64,000 nt of DNA, taken from assembly GCA_963775465.1 (NCBI GenBank), contig CAVZIW010000006.1, positions 64,001 through 128,000 of the forward strand. Reading direction: 5' to 3'. The position numbers and the translations under genes were made by a program. Shown piece by piece: positions 40,555 to 49,856 of the stretch. How positions within the stretch are numbered: position 1 is the first letter of the stretch; every line of letters starts with the position of its first letter. The notes below the pieces were generated by a model that made no database searches, was not told the origin of the DNA, and saw only the letters and a list, made by a program, of their open reading frames with translations. The DNA comes from Candidatus Bathyarchaeota archaeon. Lineage in GTDB: Archaea > Thermoproteota > Bathyarchaeia > Bathyarchaeales > Bathycorpusculaceae.

Positions 40555-41838
40555 ATGGGCAAAAAATTATCCCTAATAGCGTTAATAGCAGTCGCAATGA
40601 CAATGTTGTTTGTAGCGGAATTTGCGAGTCTTTCATCAGCAAATTTCTTCCCAGATCCCGGTCCAGACCTTCCGCGAATCTACATAAGAGCTAACGGAAA
40701 TGTTGAACCAGCCACAGCCCCTATTGAGAGATCGGGCAATATTTACAAACTCACAGACGATATAGCTCTGTATACGATTCTAATTCAGCGGAACAATATT
40801 GTTTTAGATGGCTCTGGATACTTGATTGAGGGAAACAAAAGCTGGATGGGGCTTGCATCAGGTTGGGGCGATGCTGGCAATAATGGAATAGTCATCATAG
40901 GACAAAACCATGTTAACATCACCAATTTGAAAATCGAAGGGTTTACTGCTGGCGTTAGAATCTCTGGTTCTTCACACATTAACATAGTCGGCAATGCATT
41001 CAACAAAGAAGCTGCAGTCTTTGATAGCCCTATGGGGATAGTGGCCCAAGCCTCTTCAAATATTCGCATCGAAAACAACATTTTCAGTAACATTAATGGT
41101 CCAGCTATCGCCTGTAACGGGACAAATATAACAATCAAAGCAAACATTCTAACCGATATAGCGGACTCAATCGATGGTTGCATAGCCCTTCAAGGTCCAT
41201 CAAACATAATAACTGACAATAAAATCGAGACGGCTTCACCCTCAATCAGATTAGGTGCCTCAGACGCCAATACTATTGCAAGAAACCACATCGCAGGCAG
41301 CATTTCTTTGGTTAGCAGCTCAAACAACCAAATATTCCAAAACAACCTTACAGGAATACGACTTATCTTTAGTTCAAACAACACAATCTTTGGCAATATC
41401 ATGACAAACAACTCGGTATACGATGCTATAGCACTTGACCAAGGAACCAAAAACAACGCTTTCTATGCAAACACTTTTCCAGCAAACTGCAGTATCCGCA
41501 TTCAGGATGCAGGAACTACTTTCTGGGATAACGGTGTCATTGGCAATTACTGGGCTGACTATAACGGCACGGATAAAAACGGGGATGGCAAGGGAGATTC
41601 ACCACTCATAATAATCGCCGTCAAATGGAGCAACGAAGCTCGTGGTGATGTGAGCTTTGTCGCTGGTCGAGATAATTACCCTTTAATGAAGCCTTATGAC
41701 GTTGAAGGCAATACTGTCGTATTGCCCCAAGCGGAAGTTTTCCAAACAATTGTTATTATTGTTTTTTTTGTTGTGATTCTGGTTGTTCTGGGTCTTTTTG
41801 TCTTCAAGAAACGCAAACATGAGGAACCAGCAATTTGA
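40555..41838 (+). CDS. NosD/beta-helix surface protein
   Basis: Signal peptide, IYIRANGNV, LDGSGY, FWDNGVIGNYWADYNGTDKNGDGKGD, TM followed by FKKRKH. Confidence 0.88.
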   Translation: MGKKLSLIALIAVAMTMLFVAEFASLSSANFFPDPGPDLPRIYIRANGNVEPATAPIERSGNIYKLTDDIALYTILIQRNNIVLDGSGYLIEGNKSWMGLASGWGDAGNNGIVIIGQNHVNITNLKIEGFTAGVRISGSSHINIVGNAFNKEAAVFDSPMGIVAQASSNIRIENNIFSNINGPAIACNGTNITIKANILTDIADSIDGCIALQGPSNIITDNKIETASPSIRLGASDANTIARNHIAGSISLVSSSNNQIFQNNLTGIRLIFSSNNTIFGNIMTNNSVYDAIALDQGTKNNAFYANTFPANCSIRIQDAGTTFWDNGVIGNYWADYNGTDKNGDGKGDSPLIIIAVKWSNEARGDVSFVAGRDNYPLMKPYDVEGNTVVLPQAEVFQTIVIIVFFVVILVVLGLFVFKKRKHEEPAI

Positions 41839-42178
41839 AGATGATGGGAATACCGTTAACTAAAAGTGAAGGCGCTATAAAAGAAAGCGTCATAAAACTA
41901 AACTATATCTTCACAATCTCCCAAGAAATGGTTTCTAAAGTCATTTTTTCATCTAAGTAATGAATAAAAAGCGCTCTTATTTGAGAAATTAACGGAAAAA
42001 CTTGGCAGACTTAAAACTTAAAGAGCCAAATCAATAAGCAAACAGAATTTGACTTCTCGAATCTGTTGCCTTGCTTTTTCCATAAGTTTCCATAGAAATA
42101 TTCTATGTTTGTTGTGGTCGTCTATTATAGAAGCTTTGATACAAAACCTAATATGCAAATTAGCCTATTCCAATTTTA

Positions 42179-42607
42179 ATGATTACGAAAAAATTATTAG
42201 CTTTAATGTTGCTGCTTTTCTGGTTAGCCTCAACAGTACCCTTAGTTACTGCAAATCCTGTTCCTGATTTTAAGCATACTTCTGCCTATTCAGCTAGTTA
42301 CGTAGCATTGATAATTTCGATAGCAGCGATAGCAAGTTCTGCGATTTTTTTGGTAAGGAGAAAAAAGGTTACTAAGGAAAGTCTTCTTTATTTGTTAGCA
42401 TTATCTTGTTGGGTGTCCTATTTTGTGACAGCTATTTATGGAGGCACTTATTCTGTTGCGGTAGCGATAGGTCATAAGATTACGGGATTTGGTTACGTAA
42501 CAATGGTTATCATTTACTTGACAATGATTATCACATTGATAGCAATTGCATATTCAGGCTATTTGATAATAAAAAGAAGGAGCTATCGAGTAAGCAGTTT
42601 TCTCTGA
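42179..42607 (+). CDS. Small membrane protein
   Basis: Signal peptide ending ANPVP, then three hydrophobic segments. Confidence 0.7.
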   Translation: MITKKLLALMLLLFWLASTVPLVTANPVPDFKHTSAYSASYVALIISIAAIASSAIFLVRRKKVTKESLLYLLALSCWVSYFVTAIYGGTYSVAVAIGHKITGFGYVTMVIIYLTMIITLIAIAYSGYLIIKRRSYRVSSFL

Positions 42608-42653
42608 GTTGTTTTATAAATTTAATAATCTAGTTTGTTTATGCTTAGATTAG

Positions 42654-43019
42654 TTGGTAATGTCTGATAAAGTGATAATGGAAAAAGGTGGACATAAGCT
42701 TCTTGAAGATAGATTTGTTTCAAGAGATAGAGAAGAATATTTCATTAGGGATATGAAGTGTGCTTCTTTGGTTGAGAAGAGGTCCTTTGGCGGGTTAAAA
42801 GGTGGATATTACTTGTCTATTGAGTTTTGGAATGGGGAAAGTAAGGATTTTTGGTTTAGACATAGGCTTCCATTAAAGCAGGTATATGGTGCTTATTTTA
42901 CCCCAAGTTTTAAACCACTTAACTATAAAGTGGTTTCAGCTATGGCGCGTGAGGTTTCAGTAATAATTCTTGAATGGGCTGAGAAAATTAATGAGCTGAT
43001 TAATGCTAAAAAACCTTAG
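42654..43019 (+). CDS. Hypothetical protein
   Basis: 121-aa ORF collinear with its neighbours. Confidence 0.55.
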   Translation: MVMSDKVIMEKGGHKLLEDRFVSRDREEYFIRDMKCASLVEKRSFGGLKGGYYLSIEFWNGESKDFWFRHRLPLKQVYGAYFTPSFKPLNYKVVSAMAREVSVIILEWAEKINELINAKKP

Positions 43020-43037
43020 TTTTCTCTTGTTAATTCC

Positions 43038-43058
43038 CTAATCAAGAAACCTGACAAA
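43038..43058. repeat. Degenerate boundary palindrome CTAATCAAG-AAAC-C-TGACAAA
   Basis: Followed by ACCGTTTTTAAT (BRE/TATA-like), upstream of 43153. Confidence 0.6.
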
Positions 43059-43152
43059 ACCGTTTTTAATTTTGAACAGCTAGAAACCTTGCAATCAATT
43101 CAAACAAATGTTTTAAGCTCTAAACTGCATAACTACAACAGAGGATAAATTA

Positions 43153-43926
43153 TTGGAAAACAAAAATCTCCAAAGTGAACTCTCCATCGGTGAAATATTG
43201 TCACAGACTTTCAATTTGTATTCCCGAAATCTTTTACAGTATTTAATTCCGTTTTTAGCAGCAGGTATACTGACTGGATTAGTAACAGTATTTGTGAGGT
43301 TAGCCGTAGTTATTCCCGCAGCACCAGTACATCCAACGTCGCAGCAACTTTTAACATGGTTTCCAACTTTTGTGATTTCAACCTTAACGTCTTTATCTCT
43401 GTCGGGAATAGTAGGCTGGATCACTTCTAGCATTACTGCCGGAGTCGCGATAAAGTTTACTTCTGATATGGTAGAGAAAGGGCAGGCAAACTTGCAGACA
43501 TCCTTCAATTTCACTTTGACAAAGTTACTTTCCTTATTGGCAGCAAGCATTATCACAGGTGTACTTATCCTTCTCGGATTTGTTGCGTTAATTATCCCCG
43601 GCGTAATCCTTTCTTTGATGTTTTCGCTTGTTTATCCAGTCATAATGCTTGAGGGCACAGGCGTTATGGGGAGCATCTCTAGAAGCCGCGTTCTTGTTAG
43701 CAATAGATGGTTAAACACCTTCGTTTTAATGCTTTTGATTGGACTTATTGTTGGTATAGCAAACGGTGTATTCGTATTAGTTGCCTCTCCATTTGGCGTA
43801 ATCGGTCCCCTTATAGCGGGCGTTTTGACGGCTCTCATTACACCGATCTTCGCAATAGCCATAACCCTCTACTACTATTCGATGAAAGCAAGAGCATTGC
43901 CTCCGCCGCCTCCACCGCTAACGTAA
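43153..43926 (+). CDS. Polytopic membrane protein (GDPD membrane-domain-like)
   Basis: LSIGEILSQTF, LIIPGV, SISRSRVLV...W, TLYYYS. Confidence 0.75.
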   Translation: MENKNLQSELSIGEILSQTFNLYSRNLLQYLIPFLAAGILTGLVTVFVRLAVVIPAAPVHPTSQQLLTWFPTFVISTLTSLSLSGIVGWITSSITAGVAIKFTSDMVEKGQANLQTSFNFTLTKLLSLLAASIITGVLILLGFVALIIPGVILSLMFSLVYPVIMLEGTGVMGSISRSRVLVSNRWLNTFVLMLLIGLIVGIANGVFVLVASPFGVIGPLIAGVLTALITPIFAIAITLYYYSMKARALPPPPPPLT

Positions 43927-43944
43927 CCCTTCTACGAGTTGTTG

Positions 43945-43999
43945 ATAGTATAGATTTCTTGACTTGGAAAAGTAGGCTTAGTTTAGATTCCTTGACAAG
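43945..43999. repeat. Two tandem boundary palindromes: ATAGTATAG-ATTT-CTTGACTTG (43945-43966) and TTAGTTTAG-ATTC-CTTGACAAG (43978-43999)
   Basis: Same 9-4-9 geometry; the second is followed by AATGCTTTTAT upstream of 44033. Confidence 0.65.
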
Positions 44000-44032
44000 A
44001 ATGCTTTTATCATAAATGCTTCCAACAATGGA

Positions 44033-45565
44033 TTGGTTCCAATGAACAAAGCTTTGGCCATAGCCTTTGTTCTCGTCCTTTTTGTTTTCTCATCAATTGA
44101 TTTTCTGCCTATCAATGCTGAAGGCCAAACCATTGTGGTGCCAGACGACTATCTGAAAATAGCTAGCGCAATTTCAAAGGCCGCCAGCGGTGATACAATA
44201 TATGTTAAAAATGGAATATACTCAGAAACATCGTTAGTGATAAACAAATCAATTTCGCTTATAGGAGAAAACGTTAAATCAACATTAATCACTTTGGACT
44301 CCCCAAGCTACGAAGAAATAAACTTCATGCTAGTACCAGTACGTTTGTATGGCCCAGCAATGACAGTTAATTCTGACAACTTCATACTATCCAATTTCAC
44401 AATCACGACGACAGGCGGTGACATTTCTATCATTGGAAACAAATCACAAATAACAGGAAATTTCATAATCGCAGACTTATCAATTCAAGGCTCATACATA
44501 GACGTTTTAGAAAACACACTCACACGAAAAACACCTAATGGATTATCCGTTGCTGGAAACTGGTGCAACATTTCAGCCAACCATGCAACTGATATGTTGA
44601 GTGTCAGTGGCCGGAACAATATTGTTTCATTTAACAACATCAGTGGCAGCCTAAGTGTATCAACTGACAATTCCTTCATCTACCAAAACAACCTCAACAG
44701 TGAACAATACGGAGAATTCAGCGTCCAAGGCAATAACAATATCATCCGCAAAAACACCGCTGATCATTTAAGATTCGGCTTAGCAGTAAGCGGTTCCAAC
44801 AACCAGGCTCTATTAAACCAGATAACAAATTGCCAAATGGGTATCTCTCCGAGCGCAGGCAACACATACTACGCTAATTACATTGCAAACACCGCATGGC
44901 CCATCAATCCCATGAACAAAATAATTAATCCAGATGGCAACTCTAGCGTTCTAATTCATAATAATTTCGTAAACAACCAATACTACCAAGTCACGAGTCT
45001 GGTAATGCCAAACACAACAGACTATTTTGACAACGGCAAAGAAGGAAACTACTGGAGCGATTACAACGGAACCGACAATAACGGCGACGGGTTGGGCGAT
45101 ATAGCGTTTTATCTAGACCCCACTCATCTAGATCGCTATCCTCTTATCGCTCCTTTCAACCTCTCCAAAGTAGCCGAATTGATCCCTGACTGGCTGCTCA
45201 TACCTTCAGTGCAATTAATCCATCCAAAAAACATTTCTTATTCAATCGAAAATGTAACTATAACTTTTGTTACGAATAAGCAAGTTTCATGGATAGGCTA
45301 CAGCATAGATGGTCAGAATAACATTACAATTTCAGGAAACACCACAATCGCGGTGTCGTCAAATGGCTTACACAATCTCACTGTCTACGCTCGCGACATT
45401 TATGGTAATACGGGTGAATCTAAGCTAGTTAACTTTAAAGTTGCTATTTCTGAGCCTTTTCCTGTTTTGTCTGTTGCTGTAGTTTCCTTGGCAGGCGTCT
45501 TGGTCGTGGCTGGTTTGCTGATCTACTTCAAGAAACGCAAAAAAAGCAATTTACTTCTTCCTTAA
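44033..45565 (+). CDS. NosD/beta-helix surface protein with Ig-like module
   Basis: IVVPDDY, GDTIYVKNGIY, FDNGKEGNYWSDYNGTD, WIGYSIDG...HNLTVYARD, TM followed by YFKKRK. Confidence 0.88.
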   Translation: MVPMNKALAIAFVLVLFVFSSIDFLPINAEGQTIVVPDDYLKIASAISKAASGDTIYVKNGIYSETSLVINKSISLIGENVKSTLITLDSPSYEEINFMLVPVRLYGPAMTVNSDNFILSNFTITTTGGDISIIGNKSQITGNFIIADLSIQGSYIDVLENTLTRKTPNGLSVAGNWCNISANHATDMLSVSGRNNIVSFNNISGSLSVSTDNSFIYQNNLNSEQYGEFSVQGNNNIIRKNTADHLRFGLAVSGSNNQALLNQITNCQMGISPSAGNTYYANYIANTAWPINPMNKIINPDGNSSVLIHNNFVNNQYYQVTSLVMPNTTDYFDNGKEGNYWSDYNGTDNNGDGLGDIAFYLDPTHLDRYPLIAPFNLSKVAELIPDWLLIPSVQLIHPKNISYSIENVTITFVTNKQVSWIGYSIDGQNNITISGNTTIAVSSNGLHNLTVYARDIYGNTGESKLVNFKVAISEPFPVLSVAVVSLAGVLVVAGLLIYFKKRKKSNLLLP

Positions 45566-45955
45566 GACAGTTATTCTGTGAAAACTTTCAGTCAACAGCT
45601 ACAATTTACAAAGCTTCAGCAACTACAATAAAAACCCAAGAAATTTTTTTGAAGTCCAGAGGGATCAAAAACAAGAAAATCCTAAGCTCCTTTTCAAATC
45701 AATAACTAAAATACAAAGCTCAACTCTATTTCCACACCAAAACATTGAAATCTACATTGCTCCATTTTTGCCATGGGCAATGAGAAAATCGAGGTACGAT
45801 GAAGCTGAAAGTGGGGAATAAAGACGCTGGAGGCTTGTGAATACTTTTTCCGCTATTGAGCCCACTTGACTTCTTTGGTGTTCCAGGTTTGGAACGATTC
45901 GTTCCGTAAATAGAACTAAATCACTGTTAACCTACCAATCAAACAGTGGCTCTAT

Positions 45956-46966
45956 ATGAGTACATTTCGCGAAAAATATGCAAGCTCCACTCGATTCTGG
46001 ATTTTAATTCTAATCTCAGTCTATCTTGCATACGCCCTATACTTCGCAATTTACGGGCTCCAATTCAGTCTCCAACTAACCAACGACCAATACGTGTTCG
46101 GCTTAGTGTCCAAGGATCCATGGTGGTGGCAAATTCTCTACTACAGCAGCGAAGGCATAGCAGGCTCAGTGGCAATTGTACTAAGAGCATTTGCAGGCAT
46201 ATTCGCCTTCTACGCAGCGTTTCAATACTGGCGAAAAGGCAACAACGCAATGCCCAGCATCAGAAAAAATGTTTCAAGAACCCTACTCTTAGAAGGCGGA
46301 TTCTTTTTAGCCCTCATACCAAGCATAATCGCAGCCTTCGCATACAACATAACCAGCGAATACCTCTTCTATTTCGATCACACGCCAGAAAAAATTTTAC
46401 TTTTCGGAACCGCTATCCCCTGCTTGGCAATTGTTATCGTGATTCCAGCTCTGTTACTTAAACTACGAGTAAACATCAAAAACAATTCCCCCACCCAAGA
46501 AATTCTCAAATGGAGTAGTCTAACCGGCATAGCCTACCTGTTCGTTGTCTTCTGGTTCAACTACACAATGCTATGGGCCGCCTCTATGGTTCCATATCCA
46601 CGCGCCTACGAAGTCTACGGTTTAGATTTTCTACTCCAACCCACCAACCTGCTGAGTTTTGGACTCACCATCTTTGGACTACTTGCCATAGCCATAACCG
46701 CTCTGATCACCTTGTTACCCGCAATCAAAAAACAAACCAGTCAGCTCAACCTCACCCGAATCGGCGCAATCATGGTGGCCTTTGGCAGTTACTTTCTCTT
46801 CAACACTCTCTACTACAGTCTCACCGGAGGCTACGAAGCTCATCCCAGCGTCTGGTACGAAGTCATTGGACCCCTCCATAACCCAAATCTTTGGGCTTTA
46901 GCTTTCGTTTTCCTTGGTATTCCACTGATAATACAAAGTAGACTCAAAAAAAGTCAATTAAATTAG
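45956..46966 (+). CDS. Polytopic membrane protein, unknown function
   Basis: About 8 hydrophobic segments in 336 aa. Confidence 0.75.
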   Translation: MSTFREKYASSTRFWILILISVYLAYALYFAIYGLQFSLQLTNDQYVFGLVSKDPWWWQILYYSSEGIAGSVAIVLRAFAGIFAFYAAFQYWRKGNNAMPSIRKNVSRTLLLEGGFFLALIPSIIAAFAYNITSEYLFYFDHTPEKILLFGTAIPCLAIVIVIPALLLKLRVNIKNNSPTQEILKWSSLTGIAYLFVVFWFNYTMLWAASMVPYPRAYEVYGLDFLLQPTNLLSFGLTIFGLLAIAITALITLLPAIKKQTSQLNLTRIGAIMVAFGSYFLFNTLYYSLTGGYEAHPSVWYEVIGPLHNPNLWALAFVFLGIPLIIQSRLKKSQLN

Positions 46967-47036
46967 TAAAAAAATTTAGAAACTGTAAACTATCTTATTG
47001 TGGGTTTCAAAGAAAGGGCTGGGATGAAGCTCTTGC

Positions 47037-47261
47037 TTAGTATGGATCTTTTTTACCAGTCATGTACGCCCAGACGCTAACAAGCACAACAGTCAGACAT
47101 GCGCCCGCGAAACCTGAAATGATAAAGCTTGTTGCACCGCCGAGCAATGGTAAAACTGCCAGAAGCCACGGAATTAGGTATACTGCAGTGACCTGTGCAA
47201 TAACGCCAGCTAGGAAACCCAAAATGGCAATTATGCCAAATACTTTTACTCTACTGTTCAT
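47037..47261 (-). CDS. Small two-TM protein divergent from the cdv operon
   Basis: 74 aa, hydrophobic; GGTGA SD upstream. Confidence 0.75.
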   Translation of the reverse strand: MNSRVKVFGIIAILGFLAGVIAQVTAVYLIPWLLAVLPLLGGATSFIISGFAGACLTVVLVSVWAYMTGKKDPY

Positions 47262-47485
47262 TTAATTCACCTTTTGTTTTAGGATAGTTCTCGTTTCTTT
47301 TTAGGTTTAGAGACATTTTTCTGTTATAAAGTGTTTAGCGCTTGTTGCACGTTTAACTGTAAGAGTTAAAGCTTAATGGGCTTTTTACAAGCGTGTATAG
47401 CTGTACGTATATACGTCCATATTTCACCCATATTAACAATGTATAATTCATTTTTCCACATCTTACGGATGCAGAGGTAATCAAA

Positions 47486-48145
47486 TTGTCAGAAAGATTC
47501 GCTAAAAAGTGGGAAAGTAAACGGGAAGATGAACCCTTCACTAACCGCATTAAAGACGCTGTTAAGCCACCAGGACCATTAAAACCGCGACTTGACTTTG
47601 CAGTCAGACGCATTGAACTCCAAGTCCAAAAACTCGACCAAGCAACAGACCGTTTCGGCCAAAGAGACAAAGCAATCTTCGCACGTATAGTCGACGCCTA
47701 CACAAAACACGACAGTTCACGCGCAAATGTCTTCGCAAACGAACTCGCCGAAGTCAGGAAAATGTCAAAGTTAATCATGAATGCTAAACTTGCTCTTGAG
47801 CAAATCACATTAAGATTACGAACAGTATCAGAACTAGGCGATGTAGTATCTACTCTTGGTCCAGCCGTAGGAGTTCTACGTTCAGTCAGAGCAGGCCTAA
47901 CAAGTGTATTCCCAGAAGCCGAAAATGAACTAGGTGAAATCGGCAACATGTTAAGCGGCATCATGATTGAAGCAGGCCAAGGCAGCGGAATGACTCTCAA
48001 CTTCGACACAGTCAACGAGGACGCATCAAAGATTCTTATGGAAGCATCAACAGTAGCAGAACAAAAGATCAAAGACAAATTCCCAGATCTGCCCCCAGGA
48101 ATGCCAACAACCCCCGCTTCTCAAGCAGAGAAAACCACATTCTAA
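47486..48145 (+). CDS. ESCRT-III/Snf7 paralog (CdvB1/2-like)
   Basis: RANVFANELAEVRK, LEQITLRLRT, MIM2-like FPDLPP; no wH. Confidence 0.9.
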   Translation: MSERFAKKWESKREDEPFTNRIKDAVKPPGPLKPRLDFAVRRIELQVQKLDQATDRFGQRDKAIFARIVDAYTKHDSSRANVFANELAEVRKMSKLIMNAKLALEQITLRLRTVSELGDVVSTLGPAVGVLRSVRAGLTSVFPEAENELGEIGNMLSGIMIEAGQGSGMTLNFDTVNEDASKILMEASTVAEQKIKDKFPDLPPGMPTTPASQAEKTTF

Positions 48146-48169
48146 GATAAGGAGGAAAAAACAACAAAA

Positions 48170-48892
48170 ATGTCTAACTCCAATCTTTTTCTTTCTATTG
48201 GTAAACCAATAAAGAATGAATACGGACGAGTAATAGGTAAAATTGCCTCATTCGCACTTACTCCAAACGGCAAATTCGAAGCAGTTTACGTCGAATTTGG
48301 TGACGGTCAATTCACAAAACAGCCCATGGAAAGTCTAAAGTTTAATGGCGCTGAAATCACATATGTGTCAAGAATCAAAAATCAAGCAGGTACCCTTTGC
48401 GACCAAATCCCCCTAATCTGGCGCAAAGACGGTGCTCTAAAAGACCTGATGGACGCTAAAAAGATCACTCCCGAAATCTACAAAGACCTCCACAACAGCT
48501 TCGAGAACGTTCTTTCACAACTCAAAAACGAAGCTCAAATAATAGTCGATGACGCCGCCGTTGAAATCGAGCGCTGCAACGAAGAAGTAACTTCACTAAG
48601 CTACGCTATCGCAAACCTAGAAATTGAGCATGAAATCGGCAAAGTAGATGAAGAAACCTACAAACAAGCCTTTGTACTACTTCAAGAAACTCTGAAACGC
48701 GCAACTTCAGAAAGAACTGACTTTGAATTAACAAAAAGTAGACTCTCAAGCGTACTGCTCGGCGATCAATCACAAACACCACCACCAAAAACAAACAAAG
48801 TCTTTGCTGAACAAACTCCAAATACCGCAACTAAGTTGCCAGAGCCTCCCGTTGTCGTCTACGTGAAAGAAGCTGGAAAAACCGGAATTTAA
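48170..48892 (+). CDS. cdvA: Cell division protein CdvA
   Basis: PRC-barrel-like IGKPIKNEYGRVIG, LEIEHEIG..DE..Y, C-terminal PPVVVYV. Confidence 0.88.
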   Translation: MSNSNLFLSIGKPIKNEYGRVIGKIASFALTPNGKFEAVYVEFGDGQFTKQPMESLKFNGAEITYVSRIKNQAGTLCDQIPLIWRKDGALKDLMDAKKITPEIYKDLHNSFENVLSQLKNEAQIIVDDAAVEIERCNEEVTSLSYAIANLEIEHEIGKVDEETYKQAFVLLQETLKRATSERTDFELTKSRLSSVLLGDQSQTPPPKTNKVFAEQTPNTATKLPEPPVVVYVKEAGKTGI

Positions 48893-48932
48893 TCATCAAA
48901 AGTGACAACGTAGGAGACGAGGGACACCAAAA

Positions 48933-49823
48933 ATGGGCTTTACAAACTCAAACCCTCCTCCTATACGTGAAGTTGCCACAAAATCTATTTCTACTCTAAG
49001 AGTTCAACAAAACAAGTTAGACCAAGCTAGCTACCGCTTAAAAGAGCGGGACCGTATTCTTTTTGAAACTTGCATGTTCGCATTAAAAAAGAACAACAAA
49101 GAAAAAGCTGCAATGTGCGCCACCGAAATTGCAGAAGTCCGAAAACTCGTAAAGTTTCTCTACAACGTCCAATTGGCAATTGAACGAGTCGTGCTGCGTC
49201 TTGAAACCATAAAAGAACTAGGCGACATTGTAGCTGATCTTAAACCCGCCTTAAAACTACTACAAGGCGTTTCTCAAGAACTATTCCAAGTTTTACCTGA
49301 TGTAAGCTCAGAATTAAACAACGTTAACCAAACAATTCAAGACACCCTAAGCGTCACCAAGATATCCTCAGACGAGAATTTGATCCCTGTCGGCAGAAAA
49401 ACCGAGGGTGGCGAAGAAATCCTAAAAGAAGTCTCGTGCTTCATGGAGCAAAAACTAACCGAAACGTTACCTGAACCCCCAGTCGAGGCTGCAGTTAAAG
49501 AAAAGACAGAAAAAACGCCAATACGCGAGATGGTAGCCTTAACAGCATCCTCATCACAAGTATTTGGTCGCAAAACCACTGAAGAAGTAGGTTTTGATCC
49601 AGAAAAAGCATTATTCTCTTACAAAAAATCTGAAGTTAAAGAGTTCTCACTTAAAGTTCAAAAACCCAATCTGGAAGACGTACTTTTAGAATATGTACGA
49701 AAAACTAACGGGGAAATCGACTTAGGTCAATGCAGCAGCGAATTAGAAACATCCAATGAAGAAATCGAACGTGCCCTGGAAGGTTTGGGTGCCAAGGGCA
49801 AAATCAGAATTGAATTGCGATAG
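48933..49823 (+). CDS. cdvB: ESCRT-III CdvB with C-terminal winged helix
   Basis: Snf7 core (IERVVLRLETI), LPEPP, LLEYVRKTNGEIDL...LGAKGKI. Confidence 0.88.
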   Translation: MGFTNSNPPPIREVATKSISTLRVQQNKLDQASYRLKERDRILFETCMFALKKNNKEKAAMCATEIAEVRKLVKFLYNVQLAIERVVLRLETIKELGDIVADLKPALKLLQGVSQELFQVLPDVSSELNNVNQTIQDTLSVTKISSDENLIPVGRKTEGGEEILKEVSCFMEQKLTETLPEPPVEAAVKEKTEKTPIREMVALTASSSQVFGRKTTEEVGFDPEKALFSYKKSEVKEFSLKVQKPNLEDVLLEYVRKTNGEIDLGQCSSELETSNEEIERALEGLGAKGKIRIELR

Positions 49824-49856
49824 ATAAAAATCAAGAGAAGGAGAGAGAAAAAAACA

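Noticed and set aside
1921-43999. Classical integron attC sites
   Set aside because: The boundary motif is only 22 bp and lacks the RYYYAAC/GTTRRRY cores and long attC hairpin; no IntI in the window.
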